Source: an uncultured virus (IMG/VR IMGVR_UViG_3300048927_000531) (lineage: Duplodnaviria > Heunggongvirae > Uroviricota > Caudoviricetes). Taken from it: a stretch of 64,000 nt of DNA. A program made the position numbers and the translations under genes. Of this stretch, positions 1 through 10,096 are shown in pieces; position 1 is the stretch's first letter, and every line of letters begins with the position of its first letter. The DNA is taken from IMG/VR virus record IMGVR_UViG_3300048927_000531; one strand, 5' to 3'. The notes beneath the pieces are model-generated. The model ran no database searches and was not told where the DNA came from. It worked only from the letters and a program-made list of their open reading frames with translations.

Positions 1-2
1 GC

Positions 3-929
3 CGCCAGCCGGTGCTCGTAGAACGGGTGCCGCTTGTCGTCAAAGATCCGGTACAGCGCCGCCAGGTCGGCAGGATCAGGGTTCAGCCAGGCGTCGACGT
101 GCTCGGGCTTGATGTTGATGATCGTCCGGTCGTGGCCAGCGGCGGCCACCTCGGGTTCCGGGTCGTCGGTGATCGCGGCAAACGACAGTAGATCCGGCTC
201 CTTGCCGGCCGGGTCCACCCAATGCGACCACAGGCAGGCCACCAGCATCGGCTCGCGCGTGCGCGGGGTGAACTGCACTACCTGGTTCTTGCCGTCCGGC
301 CCCTCCACGTTCTCGTAGAAGGTATCGACCACCATCAAGCCGTGGGTGTGGCCGAAGGCTGGCGCCCAGAACTTCTCCAGGCTGTCGCGGCGGGCGTTGT
401 AGGTGCCGGGGAAGCGCTGATCGTAGTTGGCCGGCTTCCCAGCTAACCTGCACTGGTAGCGCATCGGCTTGATCGTCAGCATGCCGCCTTCAGAGACGAT
501 CACCGGGGCGTAGATCCCGGGAAAGATCCGGCTGTCCCGGTCCTTGCCTTCGGTGCGCTTGAGGTCGGCCAGCTTGCCCATGGCGCGCTCGATCTTGTTG
601 CCAGCGATCCGCACGTCCTCCCGGGCCTTCTTCGTCTCCTTGGCCTGCAGCGATCGCTCGGCATCGGCCAGACGCTTCCGGTTGGCAAACAGCTCCTGTT
701 CGAGGATGGTGGCCTCGGCCTGGTTCCATTGCTGGATCTCTGCCCACACGGCCCGCTCTGCCGGGCTGGCGCCGGCACGGAAGGCGTCATCCATCGCCTT
801 GGGGGTCTTCGGGCGCTTCTTACCCGGGTCGTGGGCATACAGCGCGACGAACTCCTGCAGCGACACGGTGGCACCGGTCATGCGGACCAGCTTCTGGTAG
901 GCGGCTTCGATTTGGGCGGAATAGCACAT
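3..929 (-). CDS. SOS response-associated peptidase (SRAP/HMCES family), 3' end runs off window
   Basis: ATG at 929 gives MCYSAQIEAAYQKL (catalytic Cys2); GTYNARRDSL motif downstream; absent from ORF track because it has no stop in the window. Confidence 0.85.
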   Translation of the reverse strand, partial: MCYSAQIEAAYQKLVRMTGATVSLQEFVALYAHDPGKKRPKTPKAMDDAFRAGASPAERAVWAEIQQWNQAEATILEQELFANRKRLADAERSLQAKETKKAREDVRIAGNKIERAMGKLADLKRTEGKDRDSRIFPGIYAPVIVSEGGMLTIKPMRYQCRLAGKPANYDQRFPGTYNARRDSLEKFWAPAFGHTHGLMVVDTFYENVEGPDGKNQVVQFTPRTREPMLVACLWSHWVDPAGKEPDLLSFAAITDDPEPEVAAAGHDRTIINIKPEHVDAWLNPDPADLAALYRIFDDKRHPFYEHRLA

Positions 930-1269
930 GCTCGTAATCGAGCTCCTTCGGGCATTCAGTTGGCGTGATCTTGGCCTCTGCACCCTCAAGTATCGCCAGC
1001 CGGCTCTTGAACGAGCCGCCGCACTCAACCATGGCTGCCTCATGCAGCTGCAGCTCCCGGAGAGCGTTCACAAGGTTGGCGATCAACTGAGCTACGCCTA
1101 GCGATCCAGCCGGCAAAGAGCGGTGCGTAGGGCTTTCCCTACACCAATCCGAGAAAACCACCTATCGACTTAGGCAAAAAGAGTTGGGATGGTTTGAAAA
1201 ATGAAAGATCTATGAACAGCAGAGTCGTGCTGCTGTGACTTGCTATCGCGCTAATCGCAAAGGAAAAAA

Positions 1270-2142
1270 ATGAATCAGAGAACCAGAGTCTTAATTCTCT
1301 CTGCGTCGATCATCGTGGTCGCAGGAGCTATCTGGTACGGCTTGACATCTACGCCGAAGGCCTCAATTGGGCCCGCTTCCCCTTCGGATTCCGCAAGCCA
1401 TCGAGTGCAACGCTCGTCGGGAGACGCGGCCATCCCCCGCTCTGCTACGACAACCTCGGCGCCAAGCTCGCCGGCCAACAGAGCGATCCGGATCAGACAA
1501 CTATCCGGAAAAGCCTTTGCAGTTCAAGACTTTGGCCCGATACCGAGTGGCACTGTGGACCAAGTAATTGCAGAGCTTTCGCCGCAGGCCCTCGCCGGTG
1601 ATGCCACAGCCTCCTATGGAATATTTCTAAAGCTCAACCAGTGCGCCGACGTAACTCGACGCGCATCCCGAGGAGCGAATTTAGGCGTAGCTGCCGATGT
1701 CGCCAAGGCCTGCATGGATATGTCGGCAGAGACTGAAGCAAGTTCCAGCAAATGGCTATCCCTTGCTGCCGAACAGGGGAACATTGGAGCACGTCTCCTG
1801 TATTCAGCCGACTCCGAGTCAGCTCTTGGCGGACCCGCTGAGCTCCTCCGAGATCCGGATCGCACCAAGGAGTACAAGCAGAAAGCCACTGGCTATCTGC
1901 AAGAGATGGCATCCCAAGGAAACGTAGATGCGCTGCTACAACTTGGGAATGCCTACCACGCTGGGGTGCTTGTCGACGGCGACCTGGTCACAAGCCGAGC
2001 ATATTTCGAAGCCGTTCGACTGGCTGATCCTTCGATCGTCCCAGCTTTGCAAGTAAGCACTTTGGACAAGGCACTGAGCGCACAACAACTATCAATGGCT
2101 CTAAGAAAAGGAAATCAAATACATGATTCGTGCTGCCGATAG
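1270..2142 (+). CDS. Exported Sel1-like repeat protein (moron)
   Basis: N-terminal TM/signal; WLSLAAEQGN and ASQGNVDALLQLGNAY Sel1-like motifs; AAGGA RBS; lower GC; opposite strand to tail genes. Confidence 0.65.
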   Translation: MNQRTRVLILSASIIVVAGAIWYGLTSTPKASIGPASPSDSASHRVQRSSGDAAIPRSATTTSAPSSPANRAIRIRQLSGKAFAVQDFGPIPSGTVDQVIAELSPQALAGDATASYGIFLKLNQCADVTRRASRGANLGVAADVAKACMDMSAETEASSSKWLSLAAEQGNIGARLLYSADSESALGGPAELLRDPDRTKEYKQKATGYLQEMASQGNVDALLQLGNAYHAGVLVDGDLVTSRAYFEAVRLADPSIVPALQVSTLDKALSAQQLSMALRKGNQIHDSCCR

Positions 2143-2665
2143 ATCCTCATTCAGAATTCATCGAAGGAAAGCGGTATTCATTCTAGTTGTCGCCGGAGGC
2201 CTAGCACTTGCAGCTAGTACTCTTGCTTTCGAACGCGGCCCATACCTTTGTACTGATTGCGCCGTAGCTTCGCCGGTTCCGGACGCAAGAACACTAGAGA
2301 CACTAAAACGTTCGCGCGCTCCGATTGACTACGTACCGCTATTCGCATGGGCGACGGGAACGACCTACCAGATCTGCAACCCAACCCATTGCACTGTCTA
2401 TCATGAAAATTTCGAAGGAAACTGGGTAGGCGAAGGTCAAACCGTGCGGCAAGGCGAGCTTCCTCAACCCATCGATGAAGGCGACGGCGGGGGCGGTGGT
2501 GGGGGCGGCATGGGGGACGGGGGCGGGCCTGGCGTGGGCGGCGGTGGGTTCGGGGGAGGGGAATGTTCCGTCCACCCCAGAACCGGGAATGCCTGCTCCA
2601 CGGTGAATGGCATCAGCCACTGCCAAACATTCGATGACAGCTTTGTGGACTGCGGATTCGGCTGA
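2123..2665 (+). CDS. Secreted Cys-rich, Gly-rich hypothetical protein (moron)
   Basis: Signal peptide-like N-terminus, CxxC, poly-Gly tract, Cys-rich C-terminus; overlaps the upstream gene. Confidence 0.6.
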   Translation: MIRAADRSSFRIHRRKAVFILVVAGGLALAASTLAFERGPYLCTDCAVASPVPDARTLETLKRSRAPIDYVPLFAWATGTTYQICNPTHCTVYHENFEGNWVGEGQTVRQGELPQPIDEGDGGGGGGGGMGDGGGPGVGGGGFGGGECSVHPRTGNACSTVNGISHCQTFDDSFVDCGFG

Positions 2666-2854
2666 TCGCTAATCGCTGATTCTAGAAACCAATCTAGGTC
2701 GCCTAGGGCTTGCGTGGCACCGGGCGACCTTCTTCTATCCGCCACCACGCATACGAGAGCCAGCAGTCCTCAAAAAACCTTTAAAAGGAAGCGGCATAGC
2801 ACATGACCGCAATCTAGCCGCACGTGGCGTTGTCGCGGCGTAATGGACCTGCCG

Positions 2855-3592
2855 TCAGCCGAACCCCAGCGGCACCTCGGTCAGGTCCACGATGAAGATC
2901 GACGCGTTCTGAGGCCCCATCGTTACGCCGCCAACCGGGAAGGTGTTGGTGATCAGCGTTTGTTGGGCAACCTGCAATCTCGAAACGAAGATCCGGTTGT
3001 CACTGGTCATGTGGAAATAGTCGGCCGTCATGGTGCATCGGTCCTGCGATACCGAGTTGTAGTAGAACCGCGGTGAAGGGATTGCAATTCCGATCTTCGT
3101 GCCCGGAAAGAACTGCCCTATTTCAACGGGTGGACCTGGCACTGTTGGCACAGGCACCACCTGGAGAACACGAAGTCCCTTTCGCCTTGAGTCGTAGAAC
3201 ACCGTGCCGTCCTCGCCGCGCATGCGCAGTCCGACCGGGCCGGCCGCTGCGCGCTCGGCGGCACTGAACGTGTAGTACTCGAGCACCTTGTTCGGTGCCG
3301 CGCTCGAGGCGTACACGCCACACGTAACCTTGCTCTGGACCAGGGTGAATCCTGTGTTGGTCGACATAGCATCATTGATGTAACGGCAGACGTGGAGGTT
3401 GGTCGTACCGTTCGTTGATGCCAGCACACCACTCGGAGACCATGACCCAAACGGTGGAGAGCCGCCGGTCGCGCTGCCGGAGAAAGTGCCAGTGTTGAGC
3501 GTCCCCGACTTGGCCAGCTGGAGGTTCCGATACCCGAGGCCGATCTGGATCTGCCCGGTGCCCTGATTGCGTACGCGCAGACCTACAGCCAT
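2855..3592 (-). CDS. Tail-tip associated phage protein
   Basis: Coupled downstream of J; repeated VGLRxR motif shared with neighbour. Confidence 0.6.
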   Translation of the reverse strand: MAVGLRVRNQGTGQIQIGLGYRNLQLAKSGTLNTGTFSGSATGGSPPFGSWSPSGVLASTNGTTNLHVCRYINDAMSTNTGFTLVQSKVTCGVYASSAAPNKVLEYYTFSAAERAAAGPVGLRMRGEDGTVFYDSRRKGLRVLQVVPVPTVPGPPVEIGQFFPGTKIGIAIPSPRFYYNSVSQDRCTMTADYFHMTSDNRIFVSRLQVAQQTLITNTFPVGGVTMGPQNASIFIVDLTEVPLGFG

Positions 3593-3981
3593 TAGCTGTA
3601 TACCCCATAGTGCAGCGTGATGCCGCCGACAGTGCTCGTGGTCGGCTGACTTGGAAACATCTCCATCCTGACGTGGTAGTTCACCACGTCAGGTTCCCAG
3701 TTCCAGGTGATGCTGTTGCCCGATATCGTCACTGATGGGACCAGCATCCCGTACGCCGATCTCTGCCCTTCGCACGTGAAGTAGTAGAAGGGCTCCCCGC
3801 CCAAGAAGTCGTTGACGACCAGGCCCCCATTTGCCTCGGGCGGAGCGACCCATTTGTTGTTGGAGTTCACCGGGTTGTAGAGCGGGAACGTGTACGACCC
3901 GATCATCTTCGACAATTTGGTGGTGACCGAGGACTCCACGTAGCCGTTTTCGTTTCTCACCCGTAGTCCGACATCAGCCAT
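3592..3981 (-). CDS. Tail-tip associated phage protein
   Basis: Stop/start overlap with J; MADVGLRVRNENG N-terminus. Confidence 0.6.
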   Translation of the reverse strand: MADVGLRVRNENGYVESSVTTKLSKMIGSYTFPLYNPVNSNNKWVAPPEANGGLVVNDFLGGEPFYYFTCEGQRSAYGMLVPSVTISGNSITWNWEPDVVNYHVRMEMFPSQPTTSTVGGITLHYGVYS

Positions 3982-6900
3982 TACAGCAAGACTCCAAGCT
4001 CCACGGCGGGGACGCCGTTGGGGTAATAGACGTAGACGCCTTGGTTGGTGACGTTGAGCCTGTAGCCACCGGCCACTGCTCCATTGAACTCGAAACCACC
4101 ACCGGCGCTCTTGTTGATCCGCCAGCCGGTCTGCCCCTGCACATAGTCATCGGATTGAATCACGCCGCTGATCTTCGCGTTGGTGATCGCCGCGTCGGCT
4201 ATATTGGCGTTGGTGATCCACGCCGTTCCGATCAACGCCTGGTTGATGAAGGTCTGCCCGCCTTGGATGACGAACGGCGCGGTGACATTCCCGTTCACCA
4301 CGTTGATGACGCCAAACCGGTCGGCCTGCATCAGGATCTGGCTCTGGTAGCTGCCATCTGGCTGCTGCTCGACGCCAAGGCCCATGCCCGCCATGTAGAT
4401 CTGACCAGCGCTGGTGATCTGCGCCTTGACCGTATAGGTCGCGCTGATCCTTCCATTGAGGTCGACAATGGCTTGGCTGGTCTGCTGCACCGATGCCTGG
4501 ACGCCGCCGAGGTCGATATCACCAACCATTGCCTCGACGGTATCCACGCGCTTGGCCAGCGACCGATCTGCCTCAGCCATGACCGTCTGCACGGAGGTGC
4601 TGCCCGCAAACACGTTCGTGTTGCCAGCCCCCCAATCGCCATCACCCGCGCCTTGGGTATCCAGCTGCGCGAAAAGGCCATCGGTCTTGCGCCCCACGGC
4701 CTGCAGGCCGGTCTCTGGATCGTTGACGGCCAGTTCAAGCGAGTCAACTCGGCCCACCACCGCGCCGGCCTGTGCGACGGCATCACCCACGTTCAGCCAC
4801 TTTGAGCTTGGTGGCTCCTCATTGCCCGGCCCGGTTCCCTGCCAGCTCCAGATCTTCCCGTTGTGAATGACGGTCTGGCCCGGCTCGTAGGTGGCATCAG
4901 CAGCCCAGATCAACGGCACAATTCCGCCGATGCTTTCAATCTCCGTCAGAAGCTCCTGTCCCAGCGCGCTCTTGTTGATCAGCCCGGAGAAGTAGACGTC
5001 ATAGAGGGTCGCATCAGTACTCGCCTCCCCCATCACGCCCGCACCCGTCGGATACCACGGGCCGATGTTGCCCGTCCTGTCCACCAGGCGTGCCCAGAAG
5101 TAGAAGCGCGCACCTGCAGCCAGGCCGTCCAGCTGCAGTCGATTCTGAGGGTAGGCGTAGTCACCGAGCTTTACCGCCGTTTCGCGATCCGGCCCGGTGC
5201 TGCGCCAGATCTCCGTGCGCTGCGTGTCGGTAGCGCCCGGCGGAAACGCCCATGCCAGCTGGATTCCGAACACGATTGGTGTCGTTGTCAGCGACGTGAC
5301 TGCCGGCGGCGGTTCGGTCTTGCCGCGGATGTCGGTAAGCATGCTCGTCGCTGGGATCGACACCGCATTCAGGGCATTCACCGCGCGCACCCGCGCGAGA
5401 TACTGGCCGGCGTAGATGCCCGGCACATCGATGCTTGTCGTGCCCACCCGCCCCGCCCGCACCCAGTTCAGGTCGTCACGCTGCCATTCCACGTCATAGG
5501 CGATAGCCTTGTCTGCCGCGTCCCACTGGATGGTCAGCGTGGGCGTGGCGATGCCCTGGTCAATCATCACGTGCGACGACAGGGCCACATTGGTCGGCGG
5601 CGGCTGCACGCTGGGCGGGATGATGCTGATGGGTGGCAGCTCCAGGCGCGTACCGTCATCGATCGCCCCATACTTCCCAGGGACGTGCTTCAGGCCCGTG
5701 ATGTTGTAGGTCAGATCCTCGCCCTCGGCCACGCCGACAACGCGGAACAGCTGCAGCGCCAGCTCGCTGGACTCGGTCGCCCAGATCGACTGGGCCACGG
5801 GAATGGCCGACCACGGGGCCGCGACGGTCACTACACCGCTGGCGCGGTCCACGCCGGTGATGGTCCTGCCTTCAATCTTCCCGCTGGGAAGGGTCGCATG
5901 CAGCACATCGCCAAGGGCCATTTCATCTGGGATGCGGTCGAGTGTCAGGCTTTCGGCACCAGCGGTGCGCACGCGACCACCGTTGCGCCGGCCTGAGCGA
6001 TTCGGGTCCGCAACCTGGATCACATCACCCGGCATGCAGTTCAACGCATCCATACCTACCGAGAAGCTCACCGTCTCGGTTTCGAGGTTCTCGGTGTAGA
6101 GAATGTGGTTGCCGACACGCTGGGCCTGCGCACGCGAATGGCAGCCGATCGCCGTTACCTCAGTCTGGTTGACGCCGTAGCGAGCGACGCCTTCGCGGTG
6201 CTGCACCGGCTCGACCTTCTGCCGACCGAAGTCGTCAGGATCGGTCCACGACACCAGTGCAACCGTATGCCGAGCTTTGCGGCCGCTACCCTCATAACGA
6301 AACCGGCCACCGACAACGTTGGCCTGGCTGAAGGTGGCGCTCGGATCCTTCGGCATGTCGGCCGAGGCCATGACCTGCCCCGCCGCATAGAAGCTGATGC
6401 CGCGGAACATGCTGGCCATATCCTGCAGCACGCGATACGCGTCCGCCCTGCTCTGCAAGTAGAGACTGCAGGTGAATCGAGGCTCCTGCCCGCCGAGGCC
6501 ATCGCTCACCAGCTGATCGCAGTACTGGGCGATCTGATACAGCCGCCACTTGTCCACCCAGTCCAGCGGGATGCGGTTACCCAAGCCGAAGCGATCGTTG
6601 GTCACGATGTCGAAGAACGCCCAGGCTGGATTGTTCGTCCATGCCGACTTGAACGTTCCGTCCCAGGCGCCGTTGGTGGTGCCTGGCCCGCTGGTCGAGT
6701 AGATCCGGCTGATTGGGTCATAGTTTGCCGGCACGCGAACTATGCGACCCCAGATGCGGTAGGAACGCGACGGGATGCTCTGAAACGCGCTGGCATCAAC
6801 CTGCACTGCTGCCAAGGCGCAGTTCGGGTAGCGAAGTTTCACGTCGATGATCTCGGTCATCGAAAGCACGTTCACCGTGTCCGAGATCAGCGAGTTGTTT

Positions 6901-7538
6901 CGGTTCGGCGTGATGCGTCGGATGCGCACTTGCCACTGCGACCCCGCTGGCAGGTCAATTCGACGGCTGCGCTCATACTGGGAGGTCGTCTTGCCGGTGA
7001 TGGCCTCGGTCAGCACCGTAGTGAAGGCACCACCGTCAACGGCCAGGTCCACCGCGTAGGTGATCGAGTAGCCTTTCCGGTCCCCGTTCTCGCCATCCAC
7101 CTCCTGCAACGCGGGCACGGCCAGCCGGATGCGGACGGCGGACAAGTCCGGGCCGCTGACAGTGCGAACTACCGGCTCGCCGCCGCGAAGCTCGACATTG
7201 ACGGCAACCTCATTCTCGACCGAAGGGAAGCCGGGGATGTACGACTGGTCCTGCGCGCCAGATCGGGTCTCCACAGTAACGCCGGAGAAGTTGAGCGTAC
7301 CGTCGGGATTCTGGACGGGCACTTGGTTGAGGTAGATCGACTGGTTGCCAGCCACCAGCCCACGGATCTCGCCCTCGCCCACCAGGTCCACGATGCGCGC
7401 CACTGCCATCGAGTGAAGGCTGTCCGGCATCTCAACAGGCGTACGGGCGTTGGATCCGCTCTTGCCGCCGGCGCCGGCCAGGCGGACGGCCTGTCCCACG
7501 CCATGGGCCAGCGGTACGTTTACCGTTGGAAGGGTCAC
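3981..7538 (-). CDS. Host specificity / central tail fibre protein (lambda gpJ-like)
   Basis: GAGGK N-terminus, DLVGEGEI, AWTNNPAW, Fn3-like segments, DUF1983-like C-terminus (QADRFGV...FINQALI). Confidence 0.93.
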   Translation of the reverse strand: MTLPTVNVPLAHGVGQAVRLAGAGGKSGSNARTPVEMPDSLHSMAVARIVDLVGEGEIRGLVAGNQSIYLNQVPVQNPDGTLNFSGVTVETRSGAQDQSYIPGFPSVENEVAVNVELRGGEPVVRTVSGPDLSAVRIRLAVPALQEVDGENGDRKGYSITYAVDLAVDGGAFTTVLTEAITGKTTSQYERSRRIDLPAGSQWQVRIRRITPNRNNSLISDTVNVLSMTEIIDVKLRYPNCALAAVQVDASAFQSIPSRSYRIWGRIVRVPANYDPISRIYSTSGPGTTNGAWDGTFKSAWTNNPAWAFFDIVTNDRFGLGNRIPLDWVDKWRLYQIAQYCDQLVSDGLGGQEPRFTCSLYLQSRADAYRVLQDMASMFRGISFYAAGQVMASADMPKDPSATFSQANVVGGRFRYEGSGRKARHTVALVSWTDPDDFGRQKVEPVQHREGVARYGVNQTEVTAIGCHSRAQAQRVGNHILYTENLETETVSFSVGMDALNCMPGDVIQVADPNRSGRRNGGRVRTAGAESLTLDRIPDEMALGDVLHATLPSGKIEGRTITGVDRASGVVTVAAPWSAIPVAQSIWATESSELALQLFRVVGVAEGEDLTYNITGLKHVPGKYGAIDDGTRLELPPISIIPPSVQPPPTNVALSSHVMIDQGIATPTLTIQWDAADKAIAYDVEWQRDDLNWVRAGRVGTTSIDVPGIYAGQYLARVRAVNALNAVSIPATSMLTDIRGKTEPPPAVTSLTTTPIVFGIQLAWAFPPGATDTQRTEIWRSTGPDRETAVKLGDYAYPQNRLQLDGLAAGARFYFWARLVDRTGNIGPWYPTGAGVMGEASTDATLYDVYFSGLINKSALGQELLTEIESIGGIVPLIWAADATYEPGQTVIHNGKIWSWQGTGPGNEEPPSSKWLNVGDAVAQAGAVVGRVDSLELAVNDPETGLQAVGRKTDGLFAQLDTQGAGDGDWGAGNTNVFAGSTSVQTVMAEADRSLAKRVDTVEAMVGDIDLGGVQASVQQTSQAIVDLNGRISATYTVKAQITSAGQIYMAGMGLGVEQQPDGSYQSQILMQADRFGVINVVNGNVTAPFVIQGGQTFINQALIGTAWITNANIADAAITNAKISGVIQSDDYVQGQTGWRINKSAGGGFEFNGAVAGGYRLNVTNQGVYVYYPNGVPAVELGVLL

Positions 7539-8119
7539 AGTTGGTCCTCCGCCTGAATGCCACCACTGATCACAGCAGAGCCCACCAGCATGCCCTTGGT
7601 GTCGTGCCCGCCGTAGGGCACCGGCACAGGATTGCCTTGGGCTTGCGTGTTGACCGTGCCGTTCATGCTGTAGCTCGGCCTGTTGTCGACGTTGTCCTGC
7701 GAGCCAAGTCCCTTCGGCTGCGGGCCAAGCATCTGCGCAACGCCGCCGATCACCATCACAGCGCCCTGAACCATCAGATTGACGTTGCTGGTATAGGCGC
7801 CCACAACGATCAGCACCACGCCGAGGATGATGTTCAGCACGCCGCCGCGCTTGTTTCCGAGCATCACCGGTGCGATGCGAATGTCCTCAGAACCGGGGGG
7901 ATCCTGCAGCTGGTCCTTCGTGATGTTCTGTTTGCCGATGAACACGGCAAACGCCATGCCTTGCTCCTTCGCACGGGCCAGATACTGCTGGAAGCCCGGC
8001 ACGATCGCGCAAAGCGCGCGGACGGCCTCGGCCGGGCTGTTCACGGCCAAGCGGAACCTGCGCCCGAACCGGCTCCCAAGCTGCCCATATAGGCGAACGG
8101 TGCGCATGCGCTCACCCAT
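7535..8119 (-). CDS. Tail assembly protein (lambda gpI-like)
   Basis: VRLYGQLG, SPAEAVRAL, AQGNPVPVPYG...VGSAVIS. Confidence 0.9.
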   Translation of the reverse strand: MGERMRTVRLYGQLGSRFGRRFRLAVNSPAEAVRALCAIVPGFQQYLARAKEQGMAFAVFIGKQNITKDQLQDPPGSEDIRIAPVMLGNKRGGVLNIILGVVLIVVGAYTSNVNLMVQGAVMVIGGVAQMLGPQPKGLGSQDNVDNRPSYSMNGTVNTQAQGNPVPVPYGGHDTKGMLVGSAVISGGIQAEDQL

Positions 8120-8852
8120 AACGTGCCTCCTTGTGGCGAACGATGTAGCGGGTGCGCTCGGTCCACATACCGCCATAGGGAACGACTTCCGACAGCCGGC
8201 CATGCAGGTGATGCAGCATCTGGCCATCTCCCAGGTGGATGCCCGCGTGGTTCGGTACGTTGGAGCGGATCTGCATCAGGATCATGTCGCCGCGGCGAGG
8301 CTCGTCCTCGATCTGCTCGAACCCCTCCGCCCGCAGCCGATCCAAGCTGTAAAGATCCTGCCCCTTTTCCCACCAGTCGTCCTCTCGTTCGTACTGGTTG
8401 AGGTGGATGCCGAGCTCCCGTGCGTGGAAGTCGCGCACCAGGGTGTAGCAGTCGAGGATGCCGTGGGCGAACTGGCGGCCCACAAGCGGCGCCACATAGC
8501 CGCAGGGACTGATGGACTGCAGGTCACCGCACTCGGGGGCTTCACCGGTGACCTGGCCAACACTGACGATGTGCCAGGTAAGGCCGCTCTGCTCGCAGAT
8601 GACTCGGTCGGCATCGGAGGGCTTGGCTGCCGCGTTGGGATGGCTGTGCACCAGTGCCAATACCTCACCTTGGTCCTCGGCCGCCGCATAGTCTTCGGCG
8701 GGCAGAATGAAGTGCTCGCTGGGGGTCGTCGCGACATTGCGGCAGGCAACGTAGGCCTCACCGCCGGCCGTAGCCACAATCAGTCCGCAGCACTCGCGGG
8801 GGTAGTCGGCCACGGCGTGCGCCTGGATGGCCTGCAGGGTGCTTTGCTGCAT
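8112..8852 (-). CDS. Tail tip protein K (JAB/MPN + NlpC/P60)
   Basis: YPRECCG, HSHP...PSDAD, DCYTLVRD, PNHAGI motifs. Confidence 0.92.
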   Translation of the reverse strand: MQQSTLQAIQAHAVADYPRECCGLIVATAGGEAYVACRNVATTPSEHFILPAEDYAAAEDQGEVLALVHSHPNAAAKPSDADRVICEQSGLTWHIVSVGQVTGEAPECGDLQSISPCGYVAPLVGRQFAHGILDCYTLVRDFHARELGIHLNQYEREDDWWEKGQDLYSLDRLRAEGFEQIEDEPRRGDMILMQIRSNVPNHAGIHLGDGQMLHHLHGRLSEVVPYGGMWTERTRYIVRHKEARYG

Positions 8853-8870
8853 GGGTGTCGCCCATAGAAG

Positions 8871-8891
8871 AGGCCCGCGCTGTGCGGGCCT
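8871..8891 (-). terminator. Hairpin / possible intrinsic terminator between L and K
   Basis: AGGCCCGC-5nt-GCGGGCCT inverted repeat followed by CTTCT on minus strand. Confidence 0.45.
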
Positions 8892-8928
8892 GGGTAGCGC
8901 TGCATGTGCAGCGGGAAATTGCAGATCG

Positions 8929-9624
8929 TCAGGTGCGCAGCAGGCCTGCTGCCGGGAAGCCGCCATACGGAAGCTCCTTGTCGGCACCGAAGCGAAGCTT
9001 GCAGCCGCGAACCAGACCGCTGCACTGGTCGCGGGCGGGGTCATCCGTAGGGATGTCGTTGGCGTCAGCGACAGGAGGCCCGGTGTATCCGCAGTAGGGG
9101 CCACGGTATCCGCCCCGGATCAGCCACCCACAAACCCCGGCAATGATCTGTCGGCCGGGAAGCTGCTCCCCGTTGAGGTCGATGGCGGTGGTCAGCTCAA
9201 ACTCGACCGTTTCCTTGTCCTCGGAGGTCTTGCGCTCGATGAACCACACCTCGTCTTGAAAGTGCTCATCAGGGTCGGCCGTCGGGTTGCCATCCTGGAA
9301 ATTGGCGGCGTCCAGATACTTCACCAGCGTCTGCCGGCGTATCACCCTGGCACCGACCAGGTCGTCGAAGGCTAGGCACAAGGCGGAGATACGGCCGTCG
9401 ATGTTGCTGACGCCAAGCTTGGGCGTCGGCGGCTGATCGCCGGTCCGAGCGAAACCCTCAGTCTTGATGGGCCATGCCCCGTACTCTTGGCCCTGCCACC
9501 AGATCACTCCAGACTGCAGGTGCTGATGAAAGAACAGCTGGTCTGCCCCGAAGCTACTGGCATCAAGTTCGTAGAGAGTGACCCGGCCACCTGGCTCTAG
9601 TTGCTGGGCATCGGCGGTGATCAT
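8929..9624 (-). CDS. Minor tail protein L
   Basis: YLDAANF, C-terminal Cys cluster (C..YRGPYCGY..DQC..CKLRFG). Confidence 0.92.
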   Translation of the reverse strand: MITADAQQLEPGGRVTLYELDASSFGADQLFFHQHLQSGVIWWQGQEYGAWPIKTEGFARTGDQPPTPKLGVSNIDGRISALCLAFDDLVGARVIRRQTLVKYLDAANFQDGNPTADPDEHFQDEVWFIERKTSEDKETVEFELTTAIDLNGEQLPGRQIIAGVCGWLIRGGYRGPYCGYTGPPVADANDIPTDDPARDQCSGLVRGCKLRFGADKELPYGGFPAAGLLRT

Positions 9625-10094
9625 GACATCATCACCGGTGGGGCGGACTCACCAGAATCAAGCGGCAAATCGACTGTCGCCGGCCATGCGTATGCGGCAG
9701 GCTGCGGCAGTAGCGCCCGGACCTGATCCCACGTCTCGATACCTTCGGGCGGGCTCACAACCACGCGTTCCAGCGCCTGATTCACGTCATCGCGCCATGC
9801 CACCATCGCCCTCGCTTCGAGGCGATAGCGTTCCACGCCGCTGTTGAAGTAGGAGGTGCAGTTGGCAATGCTGTCGTAGCCGCGGGCTTTGACCTCGGCC
9901 TCCATCCATGCGAAGGCTGCGTCCCGGATTGCCCGGAAGTGCTGCGGGGAATAGAGCTCGTACGGCGGCGCGATGGGTTCAGGCACACCGCCGGCGGCAA
10001 GCCAGTCAACCGGCCACAGGTAGTTTCCTCGCGGGATCGTCGCTCCTGTTTCCAGGCAAACCAGAAGGTCCGGATCGTTCGTGTATCGGTACAT
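9621..10094 (-). CDS. Tail fibre assembly-like protein (DUF4376-like)
   Basis: ARGYDSIANCTSY...MVAWRD motif; follows the fibre gene. Confidence 0.6.
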   Translation of the reverse strand: MYRYTNDPDLLVCLETGATIPRGNYLWPVDWLAAGGVPEPIAPPYELYSPQHFRAIRDAAFAWMEAEVKARGYDSIANCTSYFNSGVERYRLEARAMVAWRDDVNQALERVVVSPPEGIETWDQVRALLPQPAAYAWPATVDLPLDSGESAPPVMMS

Positions 10095-10096
10095 GG

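Noticed and set aside
820..1161. 113-aa ORF upstream of SRAP
   Set aside because: Overlaps SRAP out of frame with a weak start; at most a gene remnant
2483..2561. G-rich tract as a regulatory repeat or G-quadruplex
   Set aside because: Explained by poly-Gly codons of the 2123-2665 gene
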